Shown here: one piece after another, positions 1 through 8,600 of the stretch
How the letters are laid out: each line of letters begins with the position of its first letter
Position numbering within the stretch: position 1 is the stretch's first letter
Source of the DNA: an uncultured Gammaproteobacteria bacterium
Lineage (GTDB): Bacteria; Patescibacteriota; Microgenomatia; UBA8517
DNA length: 64,000 nt
Reading direction: 5' to 3'
NCBI GenBank assembly: GCA_964583685.1
Contig: CAZOVJ010000001.1
Span: forward strand, 196,033-260,032
The notes under the pieces: generated by a model
What the model saw: only the letters and a program-made list of their open reading frames with translations
Told to the model about the DNA's origin: nothing
The model's database searches: none
Translations under genes and position numbers: made by a program

Positions 1-120
1 CAGTCGCGATCAGAAAAGGACATAGAAATACAGAGAGCCTGAAAAGGGGGCTTGGAAGCAGAGACGAGAGACCACCTTGGTCTTCTCACTTCTTCTTCCT
101 TGCCCCTCAGATTTCCCCCC

Positions 121-149
121 TTGACTTCGGGTTATATTCGGGATAACTT
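121..149 (+). promoter_or_regulatory. sigma70 promoter with putative LexA operator (TTCGG-N6-TTCGG) in the spacer
   Basis: TTGACT(121-126)-17 nt-TAACTT; direct repeat TTCGG 126-130 and 137-141; a degenerate copy lies upstream of lexA. Confidence 0.6.
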
Positions 150-158
150 TAGATTAGT

Positions 159-419
159 ATGCTTCAAAAAATCTCTCAACCAGTATCAGTCAATTTAGTT
201 TTTGACCAGCAAAAAAGAAAAGTTTTTCCAAAATCTCTTATCTGGAACAATCACCTTTATTCCATTAAAAAGATTGGACTTCATCATACCTATCGCCAAG
301 GTAGAACCCTTTATCATGTTTTTTCGGTTAGCAGTAAAAGCTTATTTTTTCGTCTGGTTTTAAATAGCGAAAATCTTCATTGGAAATTGGAGGAAATTTC
401 TGATGGATTACCAGATTAG
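159..419 (+). CDS. small conserved-looking protein co-transcribed with Y-family polymerase
   Basis: 86 aa ORF overlapping the polymerase start; beta-rich, ends WKLEEI. Confidence 0.65.
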   Translation: MLQKISQPVSVNLVFDQQKRKVFPKSLIWNNHLYSIKKIGLHHTYRQGRTLYHVFSVSSKSLFFRLVLNSENLHWKLEEISDGLPD

Positions 420-1644
420 TCCCACAGTTGCAGGGCTACCCTTTAATTCTCAACCACCGAGAATAATGCATCTAGACTTAAATTCCTGTTTTGCCAGTAT
501 AGAGCAGCAGGCCAATCCCTTTTTACGCGGCAAGCCGATTGCTGTTGTTGCCTATGACTCGCCGGGAGGATGTATTTTGGCTCCTTCAATTGAAGCCAAG
601 GCCTCTGGCTTGAGAACGGGAATACGGGTTAGAGAAGGAAGGCTTCTCTGTCCTAATCTAATAGTTTTAACCCCGGATCCGGACAAATATAGAAATGTCC
701 ATTTTAAATTAAAAAAGATTTTGGCAAGCTATACAGCTGATTTTCAACCTAAATCTATAGATGAATTTGTCCTTAATCTTGCCCTACAAAGCAGGATTTG
801 CAAGCAAAAAAGCTTATGGGAAATAGCAGTAGAGATGAAAAGAAGAATTAAAAATGAAATTGGTGAATGGTTGACGGTTTCTGTAGGTATTGGCCCTAAT
901 CGCTTTTTGGCCAAAACAGCCTCTAATCTTCATAAGCCGGATGGATTGGATGAGATTAATAAAAACAATTTTTTAGATGTTTATTCTGGTCTTGAGCTAG
1001 TGGATTTGTCTGGTATTGATCGAGCAAACAAAGCAAGACTGAATTCTGTTGGCATAGACAATGTTTTGGACTTTTATCATGCGAGAATGGAAAGGCTTAG
1101 AACTGCTTTTCACTCAATCCTTGGCTATTATTGGTATTTACGGCTTCGGGGGAGGGAGATAGACCAGGTAGAGTTTAGCCGACGCAGCTTTGGCAATTCC
1201 TATGCTCTACCCCATTCAAGTGGCTCGATTAAAGAGCTTTTTCCTATTTTACAAAAATTGGTTGAAAAAATGGGAGCAAGAATGCGTCGGGCTGGCTATA
1301 GGACCCGAGGAATTCACCTTTCTTTGGCATACAGGGATGGTTCTCTTTGGCACAAAGGACAAACCTTAAGGCGGGCTCTTTTCGATTCAAGGGAAGTTTA
1401 TAAACAGGTCTTGGGCCTACTTAGTCTTTGTCCTCATCGTAAGCCTGTTCATACCCTGGCAGTTTCTTGTTTTAACTTGGAAAAAGCCAATCTTTTTCAA
1501 CTAGAGCTTTTTGAGGATGTGGAGAAGAAAGTAAGATTGAGTCAGGCCATTGATGAGATTAATAAACACTGGGGAGACTTTAGTATCATTCCCGCCAGGG
1601 TTGTTCAGGCCCCCACGGCAGTCCAGGATAGAATTGCCTATTGA
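403..1644 (+). CDS. dinB: Y-family translesion DNA polymerase (DinB/UmuC-like)
   Basis: HLDLNSCFASIEQ, SIEAK, SIDE and SVGIGPNRFLAKTAS-KPDG motifs. Confidence 0.9.
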   Translation: MDYQISPTVAGLPFNSQPPRIMHLDLNSCFASIEQQANPFLRGKPIAVVAYDSPGGCILAPSIEAKASGLRTGIRVREGRLLCPNLIVLTPDPDKYRNVHFKLKKILASYTADFQPKSIDEFVLNLALQSRICKQKSLWEIAVEMKRRIKNEIGEWLTVSVGIGPNRFLAKTASNLHKPDGLDEINKNNFLDVYSGLELVDLSGIDRANKARLNSVGIDNVLDFYHARMERLRTAFHSILGYYWYLRLRGREIDQVEFSRRSFGNSYALPHSSGSIKELFPILQKLVEKMGARMRRAGYRTRGIHLSLAYRDGSLWHKGQTLRRALFDSREVYKQVLGLLSLCPHRKPVHTLAVSCFNLEKANLFQLELFEDVEKKVRLSQAIDEINKHWGDFSIIPARVVQAPTAVQDRIAY

Positions 1645-1835
1645 TTATCTTCAGCCTCGGTTTGGCCGCTTAAGATTTTTGACTCTTGTTCTGAAAGAAT
1701 CTCTTTCTTGGAGAATTTGAATGTCAACAAACAAAGAATGAGAATAAAAATAATTGCCGGAATGAAAAGAAGAAAGATGTTGAGATTATCATTAAATCTA
1801 TTAGGGTAGAGGTGTATCTTTTTTGAATGTGTCAT
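1638..1835 (-). CDS. small single-pass membrane protein
   Basis: 65 aa with one hydrophobic stretch; follows the MBL gene in the same orientation. Confidence 0.5.
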   Translation of the reverse strand: MTHSKKIHLYPNRFNDNLNIFLLFIPAIIFILILCLLTFKFSKKEILSEQESKILSGQTEAEDNQ

Positions 1836-1844
1836 TATTTAATT

Positions 1845-2621
1845 TTATAATTTAGTTTCAAGGCCGTCAAAGGCAATACCAAAGCGTTGGTCTCCCGCTT
1901 CTTTGACAAAGCTCTCCAGCCTGGTGTGGGTGTCTGTTTTGTGGCCGATATTAGTAAAGAGAATTCTTTTTGCCTTTAATTCCTTTGCCAGCCTTATTCC
2001 TTCTTCAATGGTTTCATGGCCTTTTGCCTGACCGAGCCTTGTTTTGCTTGAACCGTCAATTATCAACAAATCAAGATCGCCAAGCCCTTTTTTGCTTGAA
2101 GGAAGGATTTTTCTAAACTCCGGTGCATAGAAAATTGGTTTGGGAATTTTTATTTTTATGCCCGAGGTTTCCATCTTGCCGTGTTCAACTGGAATAAACC
2201 AATAGCTAAATTTTCCCTTCAAATCTGTCTTTTTAAAGGGTTTTGCCTCTGATATTTCAAAGGCGAGCATAGAAATTCCCAATTTTCTCCGCATCAGGGA
2301 AAGAACGCCGGCGGTGGTAGTTAGTTTTATTTTGTGAGACTTATTATAAATATGGCTCAAATCATAAAGGCCGGCAATGTGGTCATCATGAGCGTGGGTG
2401 ATAAGGATATTGGTGATTTGACTGGGATTAATCTTGTTCTTTTGGAGTTGATGATAAATATCCGGCGGTGCATCAATCAGGATTTGTTTATTTATTAGAA
2501 TCGACGGTCTTAAGCGTTTATCTCTTGGGTCTTTTGAGCAACAAATCTTGCAATTACAACCGAGCCGTGGCAAAGGCCAACCAGCTGATGTGCCCAGAAA
2601 AAGTAAATTATTTTCCCCCAT
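1845..2621 (-). CDS. MBL-fold metallohydrolase (PhnP/YycJ-like)
   Basis: LGTSAG-P-GCNC-IC and THAHDDH motifs; real start is the ATG at 2621 (the ORF-track start lies inside the tRNA). Confidence 0.85.
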   Translation of the reverse strand: MGENNLLFLGTSAGWPLPRLGCNCKICCSKDPRDKRLRPSILINKQILIDAPPDIYHQLQKNKINPSQITNILITHAHDDHIAGLYDLSHIYNKSHKIKLTTTAGVLSLMRRKLGISMLAFEISEAKPFKKTDLKGKFSYWFIPVEHGKMETSGIKIKIPKPIFYAPEFRKILPSSKKGLGDLDLLIIDGSSKTRLGQAKGHETIEEGIRLAKELKAKRILFTNIGHKTDTHTRLESFVKEAGDQRFGIAFDGLETKL

Positions 2622-2624
2622 TAT

Positions 2625-2713
2625 TGGTGCCGAAGGTGGGAGTCGAACCCACACTCCCGTTAACGGGAACAGGATCCTAAATCCTGCGCGTCTACCAGTT
2701 CCGCCACCTCGGC
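2625..2713 (-). tRNA. tRNA-Leu(TAG)
   Basis: cloverleaf GCCGAGG...TTCGGCACCA, anticodon arm CAGGA-TTTAGGA-TCCTG, long variable arm. Confidence 0.95.
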
Positions 2714-2734
2714 GTATCCTTATTATATTATAAC

Positions 2735-2766
2735 AAAAAAAGACCCCCGTTGCCGGGGGTCAAAAA
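2735..2766 (-). terminator. intrinsic terminator
   Basis: GACCCCCG-GCAA-CGGGGGTC followed by a T-run on the minus strand. Confidence 0.8.
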
Positions 2767-2815
2767 AGTTCTAACGCTTCACCCGAAAAATCGGAAAGCC
2801 TCAGAACGTGGATAT

Positions 2816-2844
2816 ACTATAACAAAATTCTATAAGCTTGTCAA
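2816..2844 (-). promoter_or_regulatory. near-consensus sigma70 promoter
   Basis: TTGACA-17 nt-TATAGT with extended -10 TG. Confidence 0.7.
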
Positions 2845-2900
2845 GTTTTCGGATATAATCTTACAGGTTTTATCTATAGGATACTTATGTATATCCTTTT

Positions 2901-3659
2901 CTACCCTTTTTTCTGAGCGAGAATAAAAATGGATGGACCAAAATTGGTACAAGCCAAACATTTCTGGAACTTTCTTTCAATAAACAAAAGAAGAGAGAGT
3001 GGTATATTTCTTTTCAAGAAAGAGTTTCTGATATTGGATACTGACCTGGTTTCAATAATTTGGAAGCCATGCCTTCTCATTTTTTCTTTAATGATTCCCG
3101 GGTGATAATTTAAGAATGGAAGGGAGTTCTTTTTTCGAGCGCTTTTACTTCGTCTATCGATGGGAAAAATATCAATAGGAAAAATAAAGTTCCCTTTTAA
3201 AAAATTACGAAGAAGCGCTTTCCAATGGGTCTTGTTGGGAAATTCCAGAATAAAATACCCCTTTGGTGAAAGGAGTTTTTGAATGATTGTAAAAGCTTTG
3301 TCAGGATTTTTAATATGGTGGATAACTCTGACCATCATGATAAAGTCAAAACTAGCCCGAGGCAATTTCTTGGTCAGATTTTCTAAACCAGATTGTAAAA
3401 ATTTAATTTTCCTATTGGATTTGAATCTTTTTTTGGCCTCTTTTAAAGCTCTGGCTGAGGGGTCACATAAAACAATACTTTTTGACTTGAAGATATAGTA
3501 AGGCGTGTGCCGTCCGAATCCGCAGCCAATATCTAGGATTTTTGAAATTTTGGGAATCTTTAGGAGGAAATTTTTAATGGCGATTACTTCGCTTTCGTGT
3601 TCGTATTTTCTCTCCTGCCAATAAGAAATGTAATCGTAAGTGTCATATGCTTCGGTCAT
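2901..3659 (-). CDS. class I SAM-dependent methyltransferase
   Basis: ILDIGCGFG motif I; FDFI..VRVIHH. Confidence 0.85.
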   Translation of the reverse strand: MTEAYDTYDYISYWQERKYEHESEVIAIKNFLLKIPKISKILDIGCGFGRHTPYYIFKSKSIVLCDPSARALKEAKKRFKSNRKIKFLQSGLENLTKKLPRASFDFIMMVRVIHHIKNPDKAFTIIQKLLSPKGYFILEFPNKTHWKALLRNFLKGNFIFPIDIFPIDRRSKSARKKNSLPFLNYHPGIIKEKMRRHGFQIIETRSVSNIRNSFLKRNIPLSLLLFIERKFQKCLACTNFGPSIFILAQKKG

Positions 3660-3681
3660 AATAAGCTATGATTGCCTAGGG

Positions 3682-4281
3682 TTATTGCATTCTGTCCATG
3701 AATTTCCTTACGCCCTCGGCCCAGGAGCCATTTGATAAAGGTGTGTATTTACTCATAATTTCTTCTAATCCAACATATCCTTCATCAACATAGTTTTCCC
3801 TTAAGCCTTTTGTTACTACCTCTATGCCTTCTTCAAAAGATTCAAATCCCAAAACGCCCTTACTATGTATTCCCCAACCCCAGCAATTGTAGCTATTAAA
3901 AGGGATTTTTTTACACAGGCCAGACTCCTTATGGGCAATGGCTGTTGTTAAGCGGAAGTCAATATTATAACGGTCGGAGGCGGTAACAATTTGACTTGCG
4001 AATGCTTCAAGTGGAGAGTTATACTCGGCCAGATATTGTCGGATTATCTCTGTTCTGGCATCTGAGACAGATATTTCCCCTGAAATTTTCGGAATTGTTC
4101 CTGGAAGAGAGGCATAAACCTTAACTCCTGATTTGGAAAATTTTATTGACTCCTCTTTAGCGAGAACCTGATTATTAATTGGTTGGGTTTTTGTCAGAAC
4201 AACGAGAGAAAAAAGGCTTGTTCCCAGAACAAGCGGCGTGATGGTGAAAAAAACAGAAGTCAAAAGGATGTTTTTCCACAT
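3682..4281 (-). CDS. membrane-anchored lysozyme-like/glucosaminidase-domain protein
   Basis: N-terminal TM; AIAHKESG, YNCWGWG and KY-P motifs; start at MWKN. Confidence 0.7.
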   Translation of the reverse strand: MWKNILLTSVFFTITPLVLGTSLFSLVVLTKTQPINNQVLAKEESIKFSKSGVKVYASLPGTIPKISGEISVSDARTEIIRQYLAEYNSPLEAFASQIVTASDRYNIDFRLTTAIAHKESGLCKKIPFNSYNCWGWGIHSKGVLGFESFEEGIEVVTKGLRENYVDEGYVGLEEIMSKYTPLSNGSWAEGVRKFMDRMQ

Positions 4282-4389
4282 TTGAACACTAAGCCAGCAT
4301 GCCACAAAGAAAGGGGAAAAGTCAAGCTATTATAGACCTTAGATTTTATTTCAGAGGCCTTATTTGTTATAATTAGCAAGAATTTACAA

Positions 4390-4473
4390 GCCAGAGTGCT
4401 GGAATTGGTAGACAGGCACGGTTCAGAACCGTGTGCCCTTTTGGGCGTGGAGGTTCGAGTCCTCTCTCTGGCA
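4390..4473 (+). tRNA. tRNA-Leu(CAG)
   Basis: anticodon arm CACGG-TTCAGAA-CCGTG; T-loop GGTTCGAGTCC. Confidence 0.95.
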
Positions 4474-4482
4474 CAAGTACTA

Positions 4483-4567
4483 GCGGGAATGGCGGAAATG
4501 GTAGACGCGCAGTCTTGAGGAGGCTGTGCCGTAAGGCGTGGAGGTTCGAGTCCTCTTTCCCGCACCA
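4483..4567 (+). tRNA. tRNA-Leu(GAG)
   Basis: CAGTC-TTGAGGA-GGCTG; encoded CCA. Confidence 0.95.
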
Positions 4568-4570
4568 GAT

Positions 4571-4646
4571 GAACCCGTAGCTCAGTTGGCTAGAGCGCCC
4601 CGTTTACATCGGGAAGGTCGCAGGTTCGAATCCTGCCGGGTTCACC
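4571..4646 (+). tRNA. tRNA-Val(TAC)
   Basis: anticodon loop TTTACAT; canonical D and T arms. Confidence 0.95.
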
Positions 4647-4688
4647 CGAGTTTAACTCGGTGACAAGCAAGCCTAGCTTGCTCACCCA

Positions 4689-4761
4689 GCCGAGGTAGCC
4701 AAGTTGGTCATGGCGGGCGCCTGAAGAGCGTCAGATGGGGGTTCGATTCCCTCCCTCGGCA
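4689..4761 (+). tRNA. tRNA-Phe(GAA)
   Basis: GGCGC-CTGAAGA-GCGTC. Confidence 0.95.
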
Positions 4762-4785
4762 CACCTCACCCTGAAATGACGAGGT

Positions 4786-4858
4786 GCGGGAGTAGCTCAG
4801 TTGGTAGAGTGTCTCGTTGCCAACGAGAAGGTCGCGGGTTCAAATCCCGTCTCCCGCT
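4786..4858 (+). tRNA. tRNA-Gly(GCC)
   Basis: TCTCG-TTGCCAA-CGAGA; U73. Confidence 0.95.
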
Positions 4859-4876
4859 CAAAGGCTTTAATGATAG

Positions 4877-4950
4877 GCCGGTATAGCTCAAGCGGAAAGA
4901 GCGACTCCCTTCTAAGGAGTAGGTTGCAGGTTCGAGTCCTGCTACCGGCA
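4877..4950 (+). tRNA. tRNA-Arg(TCT)
   Basis: ACTCC-CTTCTAA-GGAGT. Confidence 0.95.
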
Positions 4951-4989
4951 CAATAACCTAATAGTCCAGGGAGGACAGGTCCCATCCTT

Positions 4990-5061
4990 GGGCCGCTAGC
5001 TCAATGGCAGAGCAACCGGCTCTTAACCGGTAGGTTACAGGTTCAAGTCCTGTGCGGCTCA
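4990..5061 (+). tRNA. tRNA-Lys(CTT)
   Basis: ACCGG-CTCTTAA-CCGGT. Confidence 0.95.
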
Positions 5062-5733
5062 CTTTAAAGTTACTTCTATAAATTTATGATATGGGGAGCC
5101 CGTTTGGTTACAAGAAATGATTAAATTTCTTACTGGATAAAGCAATTTATTTTTTAATAAGAATATCGACTTCCTTTTGTGACACAAAAATTGAGCTATC
5201 TTTTCGTGGGTTTTGATGTTTATTCCATTGAATATTTCTACTTTCTTTGTTCGGGGTATTTCTTTAAATTTTCTGACAAAACCCTCAACATTAAAAATTC
5301 CATATTTAATATGCTCTTTCAAATGTTTGGAGTAGTAGCCTTTTTTGTTTAAGAACCGATCTAACTTTTTGTCAGACTGGTAGGCAATTGAGCCATTTGG
5401 AACCGAAAGAATAATCTTTTTTTTGGCGATTTTATACATTTGTTCGACAGCAAACATTCTTTTCTTGGGAGTAATGTGTTCTATCACGTCAATGGCGACC
5501 ACAACATCAAAGTGAGGAAAATAATCTGGAAGAGGCTTGGTTATATTCAGATATTCCCATCCACCATTGATGTCTGTTGTCCTAACATTTTTAAACCCAA
5601 AATATTTTAAGCCGTACTCTCCCGCTCCAATTTCAAGGAGAGAAACATCTTTCCTCTTTAGGTTCTTGATGCAAGACTGATATCTTTCGAAAACATCAAA
5701 CCGCCATTTCAAGATATTTCGCAGAGTTTTCAT
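5059..5733 (-). CDS. class I SAM-dependent methyltransferase
   Basis: LLEIGAG, FDVVVAIDVIEHI; stop codon abuts the tRNA-Lys 3' end. Confidence 0.8.
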   Translation of the reverse strand: MKTLRNILKWRFDVFERYQSCIKNLKRKDVSLLEIGAGEYGLKYFGFKNVRTTDINGGWEYLNITKPLPDYFPHFDVVVAIDVIEHITPKKRMFAVEQMYKIAKKKIILSVPNGSIAYQSDKKLDRFLNKKGYYSKHLKEHIKYGIFNVEGFVRKFKEIPRTKKVEIFNGINIKTHEKIAQFLCHKRKSIFLLKNKLLYPVRNLIISCNQTGSPYHKFIEVTLK

Positions 5734-5780
5734 TTCGATAAACCGCTTCAGGATTAATTAGATTTTAACATGAAAAGAAA

Positions 5781-6875
5781 CTAGATAAATCTCACCTGCA
5801 TGCCTTCGCGCACTGGAGTTGTTAGAGAGACCTCTTGGCCCGGATATTTAGCTCCCCTTCCCCAGATTTTTGCACTTTTTTTATTTTCGGCAAATTCGCT
5901 GCCTATTTTTTCAGCAACATTTCTTAAAGTCTGCCTTTTTTTCATAATAATTGGCTTTTCAAGACTTAATTTTTCCTGAGCTTTTACTGGATAGATACGG
6001 ATTAACAATAATCTTTTCCATATTTCCTGCCTAAGTTTTTCTAGTCCGATATTTTGTCGGGCACTGATAAAAAGGGTGCCACGGCCATGAATTGGGGGGT
6101 AACGGTGCTCTTTCGGAGCTAAATCTGTTTTATTAACTACAAAAATAGCTGGAATATAAACCCGGTTTGGACTGAGAGCATCAATTAATCTGTCGATTGT
6201 TAGCTTTTCTTTTATAGTTATTTCAGCGTTTTTGATACCCAATTCAGCGGCCACTGCTTTTATTGTTTCCTTGTCTAATCTCTGCTTGATATTTGAATGG
6301 ATTACTATTCCCCCAAGAGCTTTTTTCTCAAGACTAACTCGGGGGGGCTGGCAATTGATTCTAATACCGCTTTTCCGAAAGGCTGATTTTATCCTTTTAA
6401 AAGCTTGCTTTTTATTGATTTCGCTTATTAAGATAATTAAATCAGCTGCCCTGACAACCGAAAGAACTTCCCTCCCCTTCCCTTTTCCTTCTTCTGCTCC
6501 CTCAATAAGACCGGGAACATCGAGAATTTGAATTTTTGCATCCTTGTATTCCATCATGCCTGGGACTACGGTTAAGGTGGTAAAGGCATAAGGAGCAATC
6601 TTACTTTTGGCATTGGTCAGCTTGTTTAAAAGGGTTGATTTGCCTACCGAGGGGAAACCAACTAGGACAACGGTTGCATCACCTTGTTTTTTGATTGCAT
6701 AACTCCGCCGACTGGCGGATCCACCACCCTTTTTAGATAATCTCTCTAACTGCTTTGCTCGAAGTTTTGAAAGCTTGGCGCGGAGTTTGCCGACATGGTG
6801 CTCGGTCGCCTTGTGATAGGGTGTCTTTCTGATTTCTTCTGTAATTGTCTGAATTTGTTCCTCTATTGAGCTCAT
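5781..6875 (-). CDS. DRG/Rbg-type OBG-family GTPase with TGS domain
   Basis: TPYHKATEHHVGKLRAKL N-terminus; GFPSVGKSTLL, YAFTT, DVPG, NKTD. Confidence 0.9.
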   Translation of the reverse strand: MSSIEEQIQTITEEIRKTPYHKATEHHVGKLRAKLSKLRAKQLERLSKKGGGSASRRSYAIKKQGDATVVLVGFPSVGKSTLLNKLTNAKSKIAPYAFTTLTVVPGMMEYKDAKIQILDVPGLIEGAEEGKGKGREVLSVVRAADLIILISEINKKQAFKRIKSAFRKSGIRINCQPPRVSLEKKALGGIVIHSNIKQRLDKETIKAVAAELGIKNAEITIKEKLTIDRLIDALSPNRVYIPAIFVVNKTDLAPKEHRYPPIHGRGTLFISARQNIGLEKLRQEIWKRLLLIRIYPVKAQEKLSLEKPIIMKKRQTLRNVAEKIGSEFAENKKSAKIWGRGAKYPGQEVSLTTPVREGMQVRFI

Positions 6876-6917
6876 TTAGTGTATAATTGTACAGGAAATA
6901 AGGGTTAAGAGACTAGA

Positions 6918-6989
6918 GCACCCGTAGCTTAATGGATAGAGCAGGTGGCTTCGGACCATCTGATGGGGGTTCGACTCCCTCCGGGTGCA
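6918..6989 (+). tRNA. tRNA-Arg(TCG)
   Basis: GGTGG-CTTCGGA-CCATC; canonical cloverleaf. Confidence 0.92.
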
Positions 6990-7175
6990 CAGAAATTCAG
7001 AACGTAAAATTTTGCTGGGCGCAGGTGCGGGTTGCGCCAGTAAATAATGTGGTGGAATCGGCGAAAAATCCAGCCGTTTATTTTCTTAACAAAAAAAGAA
7101 TAACGCAAAAATTTTCGGCGCTTATTTAAATTTATATCGTGAAAAGTGAAAAGCAAGTAATAAATTGCTAAAATA

Positions 7176-7811
7176 GTGAAAATAGGAATAGAAAATCCAC
7201 TCTCATTATCTCCCGAAGATTTGGGCCAGCGAGTTCTGGATAGAGACTTTTTTGATAGGAGGACAAAGGAAGTGGCCAGAGGTTTGCTTGGAAAGATTTT
7301 GGTAAGAAAAATAGGAGACAAAATTATTGCCGGGAAAATAGTGGAAGTGGAAGCATATATAGGAGAACACGACCCCGCGGCCCACGTTTCTGCAGGGCGC
7401 ACTGGAAGAACAGAAGTCCTGTACGACGAACCAGGCAATGCATACATCTTTAAAATCCGTGGGCATCATTGTCTCAATGCAGTAGCTGAAGAAGAAAATA
7501 GTCCGGGCTGCGTTCTGATAAGGGCAATTGAGCCTATATTGGGAATCAATGAAATGAAAAAGCTCAGAGGTCTCCATGTCAAAAGAAATAGAGATTTAAC
7601 CAATGGGCCCGGGAAATTGTGTCAAGCTTTTGACATAGATATGGATTTATATGGAGCCGATCTTACTAGCGGAGATTCGTTATTATTTATTGCTGAAAAT
7701 GAGGAGGGTGAAGACTTCAAGATAGAAACTACCAAAAGAATCGGAATAACAAAAGCTTCTGATTGGGAATTACGCTATACTATAAAAGGCAATAAGTTCG
7801 TTTCAAAATGA
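7176..7811 (+). CDS. mpg: 3-methyladenine/hypoxanthine DNA glycosylase (AAG/MPG family)
   Basis: IVEVEAY, DPAAH, VLIRAIEP, LTNGPGKLCQA, RIGI. Confidence 0.92.
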   Translation: MKIGIENPLSLSPEDLGQRVLDRDFFDRRTKEVARGLLGKILVRKIGDKIIAGKIVEVEAYIGEHDPAAHVSAGRTGRTEVLYDEPGNAYIFKIRGHHCLNAVAEEENSPGCVLIRAIEPILGINEMKKLRGLHVKRNRDLTNGPGKLCQAFDIDMDLYGADLTSGDSLLFIAENEEGEDFKIETTKRIGITKASDWELRYTIKGNKFVSK

Positions 7812-8353
7812 AAAAGATTATCTTTGTCACCACAAACGAAAATAAAATAAGAGAAGCATCGGAAATACTTGGTATAAAAGTAGAACCTAAAGATCTTAAA
7901 GTAGATGAGGTTCAAACACTCGACCCCTTAGAATGTGTTAAGAAAAAAGCAGAAATTGCCTATAGACTTGCCAGAATTCCAATTCTAGTTGAGGATACTA
8001 GCTTATTTTTTAGCGCCTGGGGAAAACTTCCTGGTGTATTTATTGATTACTTTATGAAATCTCTTGGTAATCAGGGAATTCTGAAATTACTTTTCGACGA
8101 AAGCAATAGGTCAGCGACAGCTCAGACAAGTTTATGTTACTTCAACGGCAAGAAAAACGTCGTCACAACCGGCAAAGTAAGGGGCAAAATTGCCGAAAAA
8201 ATGCGAGGCGATAAAGGGTTTGGTTGGGATCCAATTTTCATTCCCCGGGGCAAAAATAAGACTTTTGCGGAGATGACCAATCTTGAGAAAAATAGCTTAT
8301 CTATGAGAAAAATAGCTTTAGAAGAGCTAAAAGCTAAACTTGCTGTTCGTTAG
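7808..8353 (+). CDS. rdgB: non-canonical purine NTP pyrophosphatase (HAM1/RdgB/ITPase)
   Basis: TTNENKIRE, VEDTSL, LPG, GFGWDPIF, TFAEM; ATGA overlap with mpg. Confidence 0.9.
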   Translation: MKKIIFVTTNENKIREASEILGIKVEPKDLKVDEVQTLDPLECVKKKAEIAYRLARIPILVEDTSLFFSAWGKLPGVFIDYFMKSLGNQGILKLLFDESNRSATAQTSLCYFNGKKNVVTTGKVRGKIAEKMRGDKGFGWDPIFIPRGKNKTFAEMTNLEKNSLSMRKIALEELKAKLAVR

Positions 8354-8600
8354 CTTTCTCTATCTTTTTTAAAGCCAGTGCTTCTCTAAACGACATTGAC
8401 TTTCTCATGTGTGAAAACTTGTCATTCTCCCAGGTGACATATACATATTCTTCTTCATCAACAATTTCATCTATTACTCCACGGTCTCCCGGTTCGACTA
8501 TTAAAGGATAGTCGTCGAACTGTTCGACAGTCCAGGAAAGGAGTTTTGTAGCTTCCACTTCATCACCGGGTTCTAATGATGGTCTGCGTTCGCTAGTCAT
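8334..8600 (-). CDS. hypothetical protein (small acidic beta-barrel-like)
   Basis: 88 aa, PGDEV / PGDRGVI pattern; overlaps the tmk stop. Confidence 0.55.
   Translation of the reverse strand: MTSERRPSLEPGDEVEATKLLSWTVEQFDDYPLIVEPGDRGVIDEIVDEEEYVYVTWENDKFSHMRKSMSFREALALKKIEKANEQQV

Noticed and set aside
45-108. Imperfect hairpin containing GGAAGCAG as SRP RNA
   Set aside because: Lacks the CAGG-GNRA helix-8 arrangement; may be just a terminator-like hairpin
4260-4985. ORF-track ORFs overlapping tRNA clusters (also 2468-2733, 6929-7447, 11166-11594)
   Set aside because: Shadows of tRNA genes; not credible proteins
5715-5780. att-like site closing an island at tRNA-Lys
   Set aside because: No convincing GTTC-(+5)-core match found
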